DNA of 63,865 nucleotides from Sphingomonadaceae bacterium (GTDB lineage: Bacteria; Pseudomonadota; Gammaproteobacteria; Burkholderiales; SG8-39). Of this stretch, positions 1 through 11,190 are shown in pieces; position 1 is the first letter of the stretch, and each line of letters opens with the position of its first letter. The notes beneath the pieces are model-generated. The model saw only the letters and a list, made by a program, of their open reading frames with translations, did no database searches and was not told the origin of the DNA. A program made the translations under genes and the position numbers. The stretch spans positions 1-63,865 of the forward strand of contig JBLMWT010000143.1 in the NCBI GenBank assembly GCA_050257375.1, given 5' to 3'.

Positions 1-440
1 TCACGCTGCTGCTGACCATCGGCACGACCCGCTCCAAGGTGTCGCGCCTTTACGACGCGCTGATGCGCATCGCGCGCGAGCGCCGCGCGCCGCGACGCCT
101 GGTGCGCACGCTCGAGGTCCCCGGGTTCACGCGGCTGCGGTATCTGCCGCGCGACGCCTACTACTGCGGCGGTCAGCTGGTGCCGCTGCTCGACGAGCGC
201 GAGCGCGTCAGCAAGGCGCTCGTCGGGCGGGTCTGCGCCGACCAGATCGTGCCGTACCCCCCGGGCATCCCGGTGCTCGTGCCGGGCCAGCTGATCACCT
301 CGGAGGTCGCGAACTTTCTGGGCGAGCTTCTGCGCTCGCACAAGCGCACCGAGCTGCACGGCATCGTCTACGAGGGCTACCTGCCCTGCCTGCGGGTGCT
401 CACCGCGGCCGAGGAAAAATCGCTGCGCAGCATAGGGTGA
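1..440 (+). CDS. Orn/Lys/Arg decarboxylase family protein, C-terminal fragment (5' end outside window)
   Basis: Frame 3 is open from the window edge (TLLLTIGTTRSKVSRLYDAL...) to TGA 438-440. VCADQIVPYPPGIPVLVPGQ resembles the C-terminal domain of PLP-dependent OKR decarboxylases. Confidence 0.7.
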   Translation, partial: TLLLTIGTTRSKVSRLYDALMRIARERRAPRRLVRTLEVPGFTRLRYLPRDAYYCGGQLVPLLDERERVSKALVGRVCADQIVPYPPGIPVLVPGQLITSEVANFLGELLRSHKRTELHGIVYEGYLPCLRVLTAAEEKSLRSIG

Positions 441-482
441 CCGGGGCCGAAGCCCTGTGCTAGCATTTGCCGATCGAGAGTG

Positions 483-510
483 ACGGCGGCGCATGCCGCC
501 GTTTTGCATT
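483..510 (+). terminator. Rho-independent terminator-like hairpin after the decarboxylase gene
   Basis: ACGGCGGC-GCAT-GCCGCCGT (8-bp GC stem, 4-nt loop) followed by TTTGCATTT. Lies 43 nt after the stop codon. Confidence 0.5.
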
Positions 511-522
511 TGGGGGTGCCAG

Positions 523-1725
523 ATGTCGCATGTCATGAACACATATGCCCGCCAGCCAGTGGCCTTCGTCCGCGGCGAAGGCGTGTGGCTGTGGGACGAA
601 TCGGGCAAGAAGTACCTCGATGCGCTGGCCGGCATCGCGGTGAGCACCCTTGGGCACGCCCATCCGAAGCTCGTGCGCGCCCTCGCCGAGCAGGTCGGGC
701 GCGTGCTGCACACCTCCAATCTTTTCCGCATCCCGGTGCAGGAGGCCGCCGCGGACCGCATCGCGGAGATCACCGGCCTGGACGAAGTGTTCTTCTGCAA
801 CTCGGGCTGCGAAGCGAACGAGGCGGCGATCAAGATCGCGCGCAAGTACGGACACGAGCGCGGCGTACAGGAGCCGGCGATCGTGGTCATGGAGAATTCG
901 TTCCACGGCCGCACGCTCGCGACGCTGTCGGCCACCGGCAGCCGCAAGGTGCAGGCGGGCTTCGAGCCACTGGTGTCCGGCTTCGTGCGCGCGCCGTACA
1001 ACGATCTCGCGGCGGTGCAGCGGATCGCCGAGATCAACCGCAACGTGGTCGCGGTGCTGGTCGAGCCGATCCAGGGCGAGGGCGGCATCAATGTGGCCTC
1101 GATGGACTATCTCCGCGGGCTGCGCGAACTGTGCGACCGCCACGAGTGGCTGCTGATGCTGGACGAAGTGCAATGCGGGCTGGGGCGCACCGGAAAGTGG
1201 TTCGTCTATCAGCACGCGGGCATCGTCCCCGAGGTCGTGCCGCTCGCGAAAGGCCTGGGCTCGGGCGTGCCGGTGGGCGCGTGCGTGGCGGGCGGCCGCG
1301 CCGCGGGCGTGCTCAAGGCCGGCAACCACGGCTCCACCTTCGGCGGCAACCCGCTCGCCTGTACGGCGGTGGTCACGACTTTGGATGCGATGCGCGAGGA
1401 GGGGCTGCTCGCGAATGCAGAGCGCGTCGGCCAGCTGATGCGCGCAGAGCTCGCGGCGTCCCTCGGCGGGGTACCGGGCGTGATCGAGATCCGCGGCATG
1501 GGCCTCATGATCGGCGTGCAGCTCGACCGCCCGTGCGGCGAGCTGTCGCGCGCGGCGCTCGACGCCGGGCTGGTGATCAACGTCACCGCCGACAGCGTCG
1601 TGCGACTGCTGCCTCCCATGGTCATAAGCGAAGCCGAAGGACGCGAGGCGGTCGCCCGCCTGGCGCCGCTCGTCAAGGCCTTTCTCGCGCGCGAGGCGAC
1701 TCCCCAGCAGGCCGCCGCCCGCTGA
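523..1725 (+). CDS. argD: acetylornithine aminotransferase
   Basis: MSHVMNTYARQPVAFVRGEGVWLWDESGKKYLD... is a class-III aminotransferase typical of ArgD. Start moved from the ORF-track ATG 493 (inside the terminator loop) to ATG 523. Followed by argF and argG. Confidence 0.9.
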   Translation: MSHVMNTYARQPVAFVRGEGVWLWDESGKKYLDALAGIAVSTLGHAHPKLVRALAEQVGRVLHTSNLFRIPVQEAAADRIAEITGLDEVFFCNSGCEANEAAIKIARKYGHERGVQEPAIVVMENSFHGRTLATLSATGSRKVQAGFEPLVSGFVRAPYNDLAAVQRIAEINRNVVAVLVEPIQGEGGINVASMDYLRGLRELCDRHEWLLMLDEVQCGLGRTGKWFVYQHAGIVPEVVPLAKGLGSGVPVGACVAGGRAAGVLKAGNHGSTFGGNPLACTAVVTTLDAMREEGLLANAERVGQLMRAELAASLGGVPGVIEIRGMGLMIGVQLDRPCGELSRAALDAGLVINVTADSVVRLLPPMVISEAEGREAVARLAPLVKAFLAREATPQQAAAR

Positions 1726-1735
1726 CCCCAGCGCT

Positions 1736-2656
1736 ATGGGCGTGCGCCACTACCTGCAGTTCAACGATTTCACGCTCGACGAGTACGAGCACCTGTTCGC
1801 GCGTACCCGCTGGATCAAGGAGCGCTTTAAGCGCTACGAACGCTACTGGCCGCTCGCCGACCGCACGCTGGCGATGATCTTCGAGAAGCAGTCCACGCGC
1901 ACGCGGCTGTCGTTCGAGGCGGGCATGCACCAGCTCGGCGGTGCGGCGATCTTCCTCAGCACGCGGGACTCGCAGCTCGGCCGCGGCGAGCCGGTGGAAG
2001 ACGCCGCCCAGGTCATCTCGCGCATGTGCGACATCGTCATGATCAGGACCTTCGAGCAGGAGATCCTCGAACGGTTCGCGCGCCACTCGCGCGTCCCGGT
2101 GATCAACGGGCTGACGAACGAGTACCACCCCTGCCAGATCCTGGCCGACATCTATACCTTCATCGAGCACCGCGGCTCGATCGCGGGGCGCACGGTGGCC
2201 TGGATCGGCGACTCGAACAACGTGTGCAATACCTGGCTGCAGGCCGCCGAGGTGTTCGGCTTCAACGTGCACGTCTCGACGCCCCCGGGCTACGAGGTCG
2301 AGCCCGAGCGCGCCGGGCTGTACGGCACCGATCACTACGAGGAGTTCCGCGACCCGATGGCCGCGGCCCGCGGGGCGGACCTGGTGACGACCGACGTCTG
2401 GACGAGCATGGGGATGGAATCCGAGGACGCCGAGCGCAAGCGCGATTTCCAGGACTGGCAGGTCGACGCGGAGATGATGCGCGCGGCGAAGCCCGGGGCC
2501 CTGTTCATGCACTGCCTGCCCGCCCACCGCGGCGAGGAGGTGGCGGCCGAGGTGATCGACGGCGCGCAGAGCGTGGTGTGGGACGAAGCCGAAAACCGTT
2601 TGCATACGCAGAAGGCGCTCATGGAATTCCTGTTATTAGGTAGAGTGAAAGGGTGA
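1736..2656 (+). CDS. argF: ornithine carbamoyltransferase
   Basis: 306 aa with STRTR and HPCQ motifs of OTCase; arg gene context. Confidence 0.9.
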   Translation: MGVRHYLQFNDFTLDEYEHLFARTRWIKERFKRYERYWPLADRTLAMIFEKQSTRTRLSFEAGMHQLGGAAIFLSTRDSQLGRGEPVEDAAQVISRMCDIVMIRTFEQEILERFARHSRVPVINGLTNEYHPCQILADIYTFIEHRGSIAGRTVAWIGDSNNVCNTWLQAAEVFGFNVHVSTPPGYEVEPERAGLYGTDHYEEFRDPMAAARGADLVTTDVWTSMGMESEDAERKRDFQDWQVDAEMMRAAKPGALFMHCLPAHRGEEVAAEVIDGAQSVVWDEAENRLHTQKALMEFLLLGRVKG

Positions 2657-3891
2657 TGGCCAAGCAGAGCAAGCAGCGCGTCGGAAAAGTGGTGCTCGCC
2701 TATTCCGGCGGGCTCGATACTTCGGTAATCCTCAAGTGGCTGCAGGACGAGTACGGCTGCGAGGTCGTGACGTTCACGGCCGACATCGGCCAGGGCGAGG
2801 AGCTCGCACCCGCGCGCCGCAAGGCGAAGCAACTCGGCGTGCAGAGCATCTTCGTGGAGGATCTGCGCGAAGAGTTCGTGCGCGATTTCGTCTATCCGAT
2901 GTTCCGCGCCAACGCGGTGTACGAGGGCGAGTACCTGCTCGGCACCTCGATCGCGCGTCCGCTGATCGCCAAGCACCTAGTCGAGATCGCGCGCCGCACC
3001 GGCGCCGACGCGATCTCGCACGGCGCCACGGGCAAGGGCAACGATCAGGTGCGCTTCGAGCTCGGCGCGTACGCGCTGATGCCGGACGTGCGCATCATCG
3101 CTCCGTGGCGCGAGTGGGACCTGCTGTCGCGCGAGAAGCTGCTCGCCTACGCGGACAAGCACGGCATTCCGGTCGACTTCAAGAAGCGCAGAGGGGGCGC
3201 GCCCTATTCGATGGACGCGAACCTGCTGCATATCTCGTACGAGGGCGGCGTCCTCGAGGACCCGGATTTCGAGCCCGAGGAGTCGATGTGGCGCATCACC
3301 GTGTCGCCCGAAAAGGCGCCCGGCCGGCCGGAGCACGTCGAGCTCGAATACCGTCGCGGCGACATCGTCGCGGTGAACGGCCGCAAGATGACCCCCGCGC
3401 AGGTGCTCACCAGGCTGAACGCGATCGGCGGCCGGCACGGCGTGGGGCGGCTCGACATCGTCGAGAACCGCTACGTCGGCATGAAGAGCCGCGGCTGTTA
3501 CGAGACGCCCGGCGGCACCATCATGCTCAAGGCGCACCGCGCCATCGAGTCGATCACGCTCGACCGCGAAGTGCTGGCGCTCAAGGACGACCTGATGCCG
3601 CGCTACGCGCGCATGATTTACAACGGCTATTGGTTCAGCCCGGAGCGCAGGCTGCTGCAGGGGCTGATCGACGCCTCGCAGGCGAACGTGAACGGCACGG
3701 TGCGCCTCAAGCTCTACAAGGGGACAGTGCTGGTCACCGGGCGCAGCTCGAAGGACTCGCTGTTCGACCCGTCGATCGCCACCTTCGAGGACGACCGGGG
3801 CGCCTACAACCAGGCGGACGCCGCCGGATTCATCCGCCTGAACGCGCTGCGCCTGCGCATCGCGGCCAGGCTGGGCAGGAAGCGCCGCTGA
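2653..3891 (+). CDS. argG: argininosuccinate synthase
   Basis: 412 aa with N-terminal [12 protein letters not shown]-pyrophosphatase motif. ATGA overlap with the argF stop. Confidence 0.95.
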   Translation: MMAKQSKQRVGKVVLAYSGGLDTSVILKWLQDEYGCEVVTFTADIGQGEELAPARRKAKQLGVQSIFVEDLREEFVRDFVYPMFRANAVYEGEYLLGTSIARPLIAKHLVEIARRTGADAISHGATGKGNDQVRFELGAYALMPDVRIIAPWREWDLLSREKLLAYADKHGIPVDFKKRRGGAPYSMDANLLHISYEGGVLEDPDFEPEESMWRITVSPEKAPGRPEHVELEYRRGDIVAVNGRKMTPAQVLTRLNAIGGRHGVGRLDIVENRYVGMKSRGCYETPGGTIMLKAHRAIESITLDREVLALKDDLMPRYARMIYNGYWFSPERRLLQGLIDASQANVNGTVRLKLYKGTVLVTGRSSKDSLFDPSIATFEDDRGAYNQADAAGFIRLNALRLRIAARLGRKRR

Positions 3892-3893
3892 GC

Positions 3894-4580
3894 ATGCGCG
3901 CCTGGCTCGCGGCCCTGCTGCTCGCCGCTGCGCCGGCGTGGGCGGCGCCGTTCGCGGTTCAGCTTGGCGGCACGCGCCTCGGGCTCGACGCGCCCCCCGG
4001 GTTCGCCGACACCAGCTTCACCGGATCGCCGCGCCTGCAGGAGATGGGCGAGTCGCTCACGTCCGCCTCGAACAAGATCCTGCTGTTCGCCATCAGCGAC
4101 AGTGACCTGCGCGCCTTTTCGCAGGGCGACACGCCGCTCTATCGCCGCTACATGATCGTCGTCACGCCGCGCGACCTGGTCGACCAGCAGGTATCGACCA
4201 CCCAGTTCAGCCAGCTCGTCGCCGACGCCCTGCGCGGCGTGGGGCCGGCGGCGCCGGACGAAAATTATCCTGCTTATCTCGAGCGGCAGCCGGCCGGACA
4301 GACCGCGCTGCTCGCCGAGCTGCACCACGGCACCACCATGGTATCGCTGCTGCAGGGCATGCGCCTTCCGCCGCTTCGCCAACCCGGCGTGATCGAGCGG
4401 CTGTTCGACAGGAAGGAGCCTTCGCGCTACGCGATCTCGACGTCCACCCTCCTGCTCCTCAAGGGCAAGGCCTTGAACCTTTCGGTGTTCAGCGGCTACG
4501 ACTCGCCCGAGGACGTCGACTGGATCAAGGCCACCACCCGGCGCTGGGTCGCTGACCTGGAGCGCCTGAACCGCAACTAG
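3894..4580 (+). CDS. hypothetical secreted protein
   Basis: ATG 3894 lies inside ORF 2736..4580, whose upstream part is an out-of-frame shadow of argG. Signal peptide [19 protein letters not shown]. No family recognised. Confidence 0.6.
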   Translation: MRAWLAALLLAAAPAWAAPFAVQLGGTRLGLDAPPGFADTSFTGSPRLQEMGESLTSASNKILLFAISDSDLRAFSQGDTPLYRRYMIVVTPRDLVDQQVSTTQFSQLVADALRGVGPAAPDENYPAYLERQPAGQTALLAELHHGTTMVSLLQGMRLPPLRQPGVIERLFDRKEPSRYAISTSTLLLLKGKALNLSVFSGYDSPEDVDWIKATTRRWVADLERLNRN

Positions 4581-4593
4581 ACCGGAGCCCGGC

Positions 4594-5079
4594 ATGCCGT
4601 CGTTCGACATCGTCTCGCAGGTAGACAAGCAGGAAGTGAAGAACGCGCTCGAACAGGCGAACCGGGAAATCTCGAACCGCTTCGACTTCAAGGGCTCGGA
4701 CGCGCGCATCGAGCAGAACGAGCTTCAGCTCACCGCGTTCGCCGATGACGAGTTCAAGCTCGGCCAGGTGCTGGACGTGCTGCGCGCGCGCATGACCAAG
4801 CGCAACATCGACGTACGCTGCCTGGAGCTCGGCGCTCTCGAGAAGATCTCCGGCGACAAGGTCAAGCGCGCGCTGACGGTGAAGACCGGGATCGCCCAAG
4901 AGAAGGCCAAGTCGATCGTCAAGCTGATCAAGGATTCGAAGCTCAAGGTGCAAGCATCGATCCAGGGCGACGCGCTGCGCGTGGCGGGCGCCAAGAAGGA
5001 CGAGCTACAGGCGGCAATCCAGTTGGTGCGCGCCAAGGTCACCGACCAGCCGTTGCAGTTCATCAACTTCCGCGACTGA
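4594..5079 (+). CDS. yajQ: YajQ family nucleotide / cyclic-di-GMP-binding protein (UPF0234)
   Basis: [35 protein letters not shown]... is the characteristic YajQ N-terminus; 161 aa. Confidence 0.9.
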   Translation: MPSFDIVSQVDKQEVKNALEQANREISNRFDFKGSDARIEQNELQLTAFADDEFKLGQVLDVLRARMTKRNIDVRCLELGALEKISGDKVKRALTVKTGIAQEKAKSIVKLIKDSKLKVQASIQGDALRVAGAKKDELQAAIQLVRAKVTDQPLQFINFRD

Positions 5080-5776
5080 GCCGCTCGCTCCAGCGCTCGT
5101 AGATCACGTCCGCCACTTCGTGCAGCGCCGCGATGCGCTGCTCGAGCCCCTGCAGGATCGTCTCGGGCCGCTGCACGCCAGGACTCGCCGCGCTCGCCTC
5201 GATCTCTGCGCGCCCAAGATCGCACCAGCCGCGCACCATGTCAGAGGTCATCTCGACATGGCATTGAAGGCCCACATGCTTGCCGAGCGCGAATCCCTGG
5301 TTCGCGCACAGAGCGCTGCCGAGCACGCGCGTCGCCCCCGGCGGGATGCTGAAAGCCTCACCATGCCAGTGGAAGGCCTCGAACGACTGGTGCTCGCCGA
5401 ACCAGTCGCGCGCGACGGCGTTGTCGGCGACCTCCACTCTTCCCCAGCCGATTTCCTTCGCCGCAGCCGGCCCGACCGTGCCGCCGAACGCCTTGGAGAT
5501 CAACTGACCGCCGAGGCAATGTCCGAGCACGGGCGCATCGCGGCGCACGGCGTCGCGAATGAGTTCGACGACGCGCGCGATCCACGGCAGCTCGTCGTTC
5601 ACGCTCATCGGCCCGCCCATGAGTGCAAGCCCGCTGAAGCGTGCGGCGTTCTTCGGCACGGCGTCGCCCGCATCGATCGCCACCAGTCGCCAGGGGATCG
5701 CGCGCGCATCGAGAAAGCTTGCGAAATGTCCTGGCCCTTCGCTCGCGGCGTGCCTCAAAATGGCGACGGGCTTCAT
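5063..5776 (-). CDS. class I glutamine amidotransferase-like protein
   Basis: [18 protein letters not shown] start and GHCLGGQ nucleophile elbow; 237 aa. Confidence 0.8.
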   Translation of the reverse strand: MKPVAILRHAASEGPGHFASFLDARAIPWRLVAIDAGDAVPKNAARFSGLALMGGPMSVNDELPWIARVVELIRDAVRRDAPVLGHCLGGQLISKAFGGTVGPAAAKEIGWGRVEVADNAVARDWFGEHQSFEAFHWHGEAFSIPPGATRVLGSALCANQGFALGKHVGLQCHVEMTSDMVRGWCDLGRAEIEASAASPGVQRPETILQGLEQRIAALHEVADVIYERWSERLSRGS

Positions 5777-5788
5777 ATCGGGGAGAGC

Positions 5789-6436
5789 ATGAAAGGCGCT
5801 TATTTTCGCGCTTATTGTATTGGCCTCGTCGGCCTGCTTCTAGCGCCGCCCGCGCATGCGACCGATGTCACCCTCGTCGGCGTATTCCCCGGCAAGGCGG
5901 CCGTCCTGCAGATCGACGGCGGCCGGCCGACCACGGTGCGCCTCGGTCGCAGCGCGCAAGGGGTGAACGTACTCGCAGTGGAGGAGAAGCAGGCGCTCGT
6001 GGAGATCGACGGCAGGCGCCTCACGCTGCTCCTCGGCCAGTATGCGAGCGGCTCGCCCTCGGGAGACCGCGAGAGAATCACGCTCGCCGCCGACGCGCGC
6101 GGCCACTTCTTCGCCGACGGCAGCGTAGACGGCGGTCCGGTAAGGTTCCTCGTCGACACCGGCGCATCGATGGTGGCGCTGCCGGCGCGCGACGCAAACC
6201 GCCTGGGAATCGACTACCGCAAGGGCCCGCGCGGCATCATCCAGACGGCAGGCGGAAACGCGATCGCCTACCGAGTCAAGTTCGACCAGGTGAAGGTCGG
6301 CGGCATCAACCTGACCAACGTGGACGGCGTGGTGCTCGAGCAGGGTCTGGACATCGCGTTGCTCGGCATGAGCTTCCTGAACCGAGTCGAGATGCAGCGC
6401 GACGGCCAGTCGATGGTTCTCATCCGCCGCTACTAG
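5789..6436 (+). CDS. retropepsin-like (clan AA) aspartic protease, secreted
   Basis: ATG 5789 lies inside ORF 5120..6436. Signal peptide ...LLLAPPAHA-TD and catalytic-type motif FLVDTGAS. Confidence 0.75.
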   Translation: MKGAYFRAYCIGLVGLLLAPPAHATDVTLVGVFPGKAAVLQIDGGRPTTVRLGRSAQGVNVLAVEEKQALVEIDGRRLTLLLGQYASGSPSGDRERITLAADARGHFFADGSVDGGPVRFLVDTGASMVALPARDANRLGIDYRKGPRGIIQTAGGNAIAYRVKFDQVKVGGINLTNVDGVVLEQGLDIALLGMSFLNRVEMQRDGQSMVLIRRY

Positions 6437-6443
6437 CGCGGCG

Positions 6444-7178
6444 CTACTTGCCTGGCACCAGCGGCACGAAGCGCACCGGCAGCACGCTCTTGCGGTCGTA
6501 CCCGCCGTCGGCGCGCCGCGTGATCACCTCGAGTTCCTGAACGCCCCACTGGCCACCGACCGGGATCACCATCTTGCCGCCCGGCTTGAGCTGCTCGACC
6601 AGCGCGGGCGGCACGCGCGGCGCCGCCGCGGTGACGATAATGCCGTCGAACGGCGCCTTCTCCGGCCAGCCGGCGTAACCGTCGCCGATGCGCACCTCGA
6701 TGTTGCGATAACCGAGCTCGGCGAGGCGCGCCTGCGCGCTGCGCGCGAGCGAGGGAACGATCTCGATCGAGTACACCTGCCGCACGATCTCGGCCAGCAC
6801 CGCCGCCTGGTAGCCCGAGCCGGTGCCGACCTCGAGGACTACCTGTCCGGGCTTCGGGTCGATCAGGTCGGTCGACAGCGCGACGATGTAGGGCTGCGAG
6901 ATCGTCTGCCCTTCGCCGATCGGCAGAGGATGGTTGCGATAGGCCTCGCGCGCGAGCTCGGGCGGCACGAGGCGATGGCGCTCCACCTTGCCGAGCGCCG
7001 TGCGCACCGCCGGCGACATCGCGGCGAGCCCGGTCTCGGCACGCGTTTCGGCGTACAGGGCCTCGACCTCGGCGACCATGTGCGCCCGCCGGGAGGCGTT
7101 ATCGGTTTGCGCGTCGCTGGCTGTCATGCCGGAGAGGGCGAGCACTGCAGCGAACATGGCGCGCCACCGCGAGGGCAC
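6444..7178 (-). CDS. pcm: protein-L-isoaspartate O-methyltransferase, with N-terminal signal-peptide-like extension
   Basis: SAM-binding VLEVGTGSGYQAAVLAEI and the conserved TISQPY motif. The longest ORF adds MPSRWRAMFAAVLALSGMTA-SDAQ. Alternative internal start is ATG 7079. Confidence 0.85.
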   Translation of the reverse strand: MPSRWRAMFAAVLALSGMTASDAQTDNASRRAHMVAEVEALYAETRAETGLAAMSPAVRTALGKVERHRLVPPELAREAYRNHPLPIGEGQTISQPYIVALSTDLIDPKPGQVVLEVGTGSGYQAAVLAEIVRQVYSIEIVPSLARSAQARLAELGYRNIEVRIGDGYAGWPEKAPFDGIIVTAAAPRVPPALVEQLKPGGKMVIPVGGQWGVQELEVITRRADGGYDRKSVLPVRFVPLVPGK

Positions 7179-7188
7179 CGCGCGCTTC

Positions 7189-7992
7189 TCAGTGCTCGTG
7201 CGACTTGTCCTTCTCGATGAGAGCGTAGGCGCTGTGATTGTGGATCGACTCGAAGTTCTCCGACTCGACCACGTAGGCCTCGATGCGCTCGTCGAGGTTC
7301 AGCACCGCGGCCACGTCGCGCACCATGTCCTCGACGAACTTCGGATTGTCGTACGCGCGCTCGGTGACGAACTTCTCGTCCGGACGCTTGAGCAGTCCAT
7401 ACAGCTCGCTCGACGCCTGCTTCTCCACCAGGTCAACGATCTCCTCGATCCAGACGAAGGCGTTTAGGCGCGCGCTCACCGTAACGTGCGAGCGCTGGTT
7501 GTGCGCACCGCGCTCGGAGATCTTCTTCGAGCACGGACACAGGCTGGTGACCGGCACCAGCACCTTCATGGTGAAGGATTGCCGCTTCTTGCGGATCTCG
7601 CCGATGAAGCTGACTTCGTAGTCCATCAGGCTCTTGACGCGCGAGACCGGCGCTGCCTTCTCGATGAAGTATGGGAAGCTCATCTCGATCAGGCCTTCTT
7701 CGGCTTCGAGCCGCTCGACCATCTCCTTCAGCATGGCCTGGAAGGATTCGACGGTGATCTCGCGTTCGCCTTCCAGGATCTCGACGAAGCGCGACATGTG
7801 CGTGCCCTTGAAATGGTGGGGCAGGCCGACGTACATGTTGAACGTCGCCACGGTATGCTGCACTCCGCCCGAGCGCTCCTGGATGCGCATCGGGTGCCGG
7901 ATCGCTTTGACACCGACCCGGTCGATCGCCAACTTGCGGGTGTCGGCGCTCGCCTGGACGTCGGGGATGTTGTACAGGTCTCTCGATTTCAT
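7189..7992 (-). CDS. folE2: GTP cyclohydrolase FolE2 (type IB)
   Basis: 267 aa; IPDVQ...AIDRVGVK...HPM...GTHMSRF pattern typical of FolE2. Confidence 0.9.
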   Translation of the reverse strand: MKSRDLYNIPDVQASADTRKLAIDRVGVKAIRHPMRIQERSGGVQHTVATFNMYVGLPHHFKGTHMSRFVEILEGEREITVESFQAMLKEMVERLEAEEGLIEMSFPYFIEKAAPVSRVKSLMDYEVSFIGEIRKKRQSFTMKVLVPVTSLCPCSKKISERGAHNQRSHVTVSARLNAFVWIEEIVDLVEKQASSELYGLLKRPDEKFVTERAYDNPKFVEDMVRDVAAVLNLDERIEAYVVESENFESIHNHSAYALIEKDKSHEH

Positions 7993-8016
7993 GGCGCCAG
8001 TTTACACCCGACTGAT

Positions 8017-9939
8017 TTACTCGGGTATTACGGCCCGCACCGATTTCACTATCCCCGCCGCATCCAGCCCGACCGAAGCGAGCAGCGCCGCGTGATCGCC
8101 ATGGTCGATGAACCGGTCGGGCAGCCCCAGCAGCAGCAAGCGCGGCTCGAGCGTCATGTCCGCCAGCGCCTCGCACACTGCACCGCCGGCGCCACCCATG
8201 ACCGCGTGCTCCTCGATCGTCACCAGCAGCTCGTGCGTCTCGGCCAGACGCCGCAGGAGTTCCCGGTCGAGCGGCTTGACGAAGCGCATGTTGGCGACCG
8301 TGGCGTCGAGTACCGGCGCTGCCTCCAGCGCCGGCCCCAGCATCGCGCCAAACGCGAGCAGCGCGATGCGCCGCCCCTCGCGGCGCAGCTCGCCGCGGCC
8401 CACGGGCAGCGCCTGCATCGCCTTCACCGGCGCGACACCCGGGCCGCTGCCGCGCGGATAGCGCACCGCGGCCGGCCCGTTGAGCGTGAACGCGGTATAC
8501 AGCATCTGCCGGCACTCGTTCTCGTCGGCGGGCGCCATCACCGTCAGGTTCGGCACGGTGCGCAGGTACGCGTAGTCGAAGGCTCCGTTGTGCGTGGCGC
8601 CGTCGCCGCCCACCAGCCCAGAGCGGTCCAGCGCGAACACCACCGGCAAGTTCTGGATCGCGACGTCGTGGATCAGCTGGTCGTAGCCGCGCTGCAGGAA
8701 GGTCGAGTAGATCGCCACCACCGGCTTCGCGCCTTCGCAGGCGAGCCCCGCGGCGAAGGTGACCGCATGCTGCTCGGCGATGCCGACGTCGAAGTAGCGC
8801 CCGGGAAACTTCTCCGAGAACTCCACCATGCCCGAACCCTCGCGCATCGCGGGAGTGATCGCGACCAGCCGCGGATCGATCTCCGCCATGTCGCAAAGCC
8901 ACTCGCCGAAGATCTGGCTGTAGGTCGCGCGCCCTCCGGAAGTCTTCTTCAGGCCCAAGGCGGGATCGAACTTGCCCGGGCCGTGATACGCGATCGGATC
9001 CTCCTCGGCGAGCTTGTAGCCCTGCCCCTTGCGCGTCACGACGTGCAGGAACTGCGGCCCCTTGAGCTTCTTGATGTTGGCGAGCGTCGGTATCAGCGCG
9101 TCGAGGTCATGGCCGTCGATCGGCCCGATGTAGTTGAAACCGAATTCCTCGAACAGCGTGCTCGGCGTCACCATGCCCTTGAAGTGCTCCTCCGCGCGAC
9201 GCGCCAGCTCCCAGAACCCCGGAACGCGCTTCAGGATGTGCTCGCTCGCGCGCCGTGCGGTGGAATAGATGCGCCCCGACAGCAGTCGCGCGAGATAGTT
9301 GGTCAGCGCCCCCACGGGCGGCGAGATCGACATCTCGTTGTCGTTCAGGATCACCAGCAGGTCGACATCCATCGCCCCGGCGTTGTTCATCGCCTCGTAG
9401 GCCATCCCGGCCGACATCGCGCCGTCGCCGATCACCGCGATGGCGCGCCGCGGCTCGCCCTGCATCTTCGAGGCGACCGCCATGCCGAGCGCCGCAGAGA
9501 TCGAAGTCGAGGAGTGCGCGGTGCCGAAGGTGTCGTAGGGCGACTCGCTGCGCCGCGGGAAGCCCGAGATGCCGCCCAGCTGGCGCAGCGTGTGCATCCG
9601 ATCGCGCCGACCGGTGAGGATCTTGTGCGGATAGGTCTGGTGGCCGACGTCCCATACGATGCGGTCCTCGGGCGTGTCGAACACGTAGTGCAGCGCGATC
9701 GTCAATTCGACCGTGCCGAGATTCGACGACAGGTGGCCGCCGGTCTTGGAGACTGAATCGAGCACGTACGCGCGCAGCTCGTCGGCGAGCTGCTTGAGGT
9801 GCTTGCGCTCCAGCAGGCGCAGCGCGGCGGGGTCGTCGATCGTCCGCAGCAGCTCGTACATGGAAGGATTGTAGTCCTGCGCCCTGGCCTCGCCGCGTTC
9901 GCGCGGCAGCTCGCCCGGCGCACCGGTCACGGCAACCAT
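8017..9939 (-). CDS. dxs: 1-deoxy-D-xylulose-5-phosphate synthase
   Basis: [12 protein letters not shown]..., [13 protein letters not shown] and the TPP motif [19 protein letters not shown] 9939 overlaps the ispA stop by 1 nt (TGATG). The ORF-track start 10191 is rejected. Confidence 0.95.
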   Translation of the reverse strand: MVAVTGAPGELPRERGEARAQDYNPSMYELLRTIDDPAALRLLERKHLKQLADELRAYVLDSVSKTGGHLSSNLGTVELTIALHYVFDTPEDRIVWDVGHQTYPHKILTGRRDRMHTLRQLGGISGFPRRSESPYDTFGTAHSSTSISAALGMAVASKMQGEPRRAIAVIGDGAMSAGMAYEAMNNAGAMDVDLLVILNDNEMSISPPVGALTNYLARLLSGRIYSTARRASEHILKRVPGFWELARRAEEHFKGMVTPSTLFEEFGFNYIGPIDGHDLDALIPTLANIKKLKGPQFLHVVTRKGQGYKLAEEDPIAYHGPGKFDPALGLKKTSGGRATYSQIFGEWLCDMAEIDPRLVAITPAMREGSGMVEFSEKFPGRYFDVGIAEQHAVTFAAGLACEGAKPVVAIYSTFLQRGYDQLIHDVAIQNLPVVFALDRSGLVGGDGATHNGAFDYAYLRTVPNLTVMAPADENECRQMLYTAFTLNGPAAVRYPRGSGPGVAPVKAMQALPVGRGELRREGRRIALLAFGAMLGPALEAAPVLDATVANMRFVKPLDRELLRRLAETHELLVTIEEHAVMGGAGGAVCEALADMTLEPRLLLLGLPDRFIDHGDHAALLASVGLDAAGIVKSVRAVIPE

Positions 9940-10841
9940 CAGAATTTCCTCGTCACGATGAAATCGGCCAGCTCGCGCAGCCGCCGCGCGCGCGCGTCGA
10001 AGCCGGTGAGGGCTGCGTGCGCTTCCTGCCGCAGCGCCTCCGCGCGGGCGCGCGCGCCCGCGACGCCGAGCGCCGGAACGTAGGTCGGCTTGCCCTGCTT
10101 CGCGTCCTTGCCAGTGGTCTTGCCGAGCGTCGCGGTGCTCGCCTCGGCGTCGAGCACATCGTCGACCACCTGAAATGCGAGACCGATGCATTTGGCGTAG
10201 CGGTCGAGCTTCGCGCCGCTTTCGGCCGCAAGGCGCGAGCCGCAGGCCACGCCCGCGAACACAGCGGCGCGGATCAGCGCCCCGGTCTTGTGGATGTGCA
10301 TGAACTCGAGCTCCGCCAGCGCGAGCGACTTACCGGTCGACTCGAGGTCGATCGCCTGGCCGCCTGCCATGCCGCGCGAGCCGGCAGCCGCCGCGAGCGC
10401 CTTGACCATCTCGAGCTGCGTCGCCGCATCGTCGGCGAGCGCGTGCTCCGCGATCAGCTGGAAAGCGAGCGCCTGCAGCGCGTCCCCCGCGAGCAACGCG
10501 GTGGCCTCATCGAATTCCACGTGCACCGTCGGCTTGCCGCGCCGCAGGACGTCGTCGTCCATGCACGGCAGGTCGTCGTGCACCAGCGAATAGGCGTGCA
10601 TCAATTCGACCGCCGCGGCGGCGATCTCCACCCGCTCGGGCGCCGCCTCGCTGATTTCCCCGGCGGCGAAGGCAAGCAGCGGCCGCACGCGCTTGCCGCC
10701 GCCGAGCGTGGCGTAGCGCATCGCTTCGTGCAGGCGAGCGGGCGCGACGTGCGGCGTCGGCAGCACGCGCGCAAGCACCTCCTCCATGCGCGCCTGGATG
10801 TCGCCCATCCAGGCCTGGAACGCGGGCTCAGTCGCCGTCAC
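9939..10841 (-). CDS. ispA: farnesyl diphosphate synthase
   Basis: Two Asp-rich motifs, [12 protein letters not shown] and QVVDDVLD; xseB-ispA-dxs synteny. Confidence 0.9.
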   Translation of the reverse strand: MTATEPAFQAWMGDIQARMEEVLARVLPTPHVAPARLHEAMRYATLGGGKRVRPLLAFAAGEISEAAPERVEIAAAAVELMHAYSLVHDDLPCMDDDVLRRGKPTVHVEFDEATALLAGDALQALAFQLIAEHALADDAATQLEMVKALAAAAGSRGMAGGQAIDLESTGKSLALAELEFMHIHKTGALIRAAVFAGVACGSRLAAESGAKLDRYAKCIGLAFQVVDDVLDAEASTATLGKTTGKDAKQGKPTYVPALGVAGARARAEALRQEAHAALTGFDARARRLRELADFIVTRKF

Positions 10842-11106
10842 CGGACTCCGATGCCTCCGGGGCGAGCGGCTTGAGCACGTCGCCTTCGAGCACCTTGACC
10901 TGCTGCTGCGCGGCCTCCAGCCGCTGCTGGCAAAAACGCGCCAGCTCCAGCCCCCGCTTGTGGGCTGCGAGCGCCTGCTCCAGGCTCAAGTTGCCGCCTT
11001 CCATCTGGCCGACGACGCGCTCGAGCTCAGCGAGCGCCTTTTCGAACGTCAGCTCGGAAACCGGAGTGGCCTCGGCCGAGGAACTTTGCCGGGGGGACTT
11101 GCTCAT
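10828..11106 (-). CDS. xseB: exodeoxyribonuclease VII small subunit
   Basis: 92 aa; FEKALAELERVVGQMEGGNLSLEQALAAHKRG is typical XseB. Confidence 0.9.
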   Translation of the reverse strand: MSKSPRQSSSAEATPVSELTFEKALAELERVVGQMEGGNLSLEQALAAHKRGLELARFCQQRLEAAQQQVKVLEGDVLKPLAPEASESGDGD

Positions 11107-11190
11107 AAGAAGCGGAACCTTAGCCGACGCCGCGCCAGCCGGTCAAACCCGCCGTGCGCTAAAATTGGCCATCTCCCAGCGGGAACTTGG

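Noticed and set aside
2736-4580. 614-aa ORF spanning argG and the downstream gene
   Set aside because: The first ~386 codons are an out-of-frame shadow of argG. Only the portion from ATG 3894, with its signal peptide, is taken as coding.
7486-9756. 756-aa ORF on the plus strand antisense to dxs/folE2. Similar giant antisense or out-of-frame ORFs occur at 460-1329, 17582-19894, 19957-22095, 33849-35906, 41946-44357 and 54833-57673.
   Set aside because: Their translations are low-complexity Arg/Ala/Gly/Pro-rich strings with no recognisable motifs. Each lies opposite, or out of frame with, a gene that has clear family signatures. This is the typical stop-codon-poor shadow frame of GC-rich DNA.
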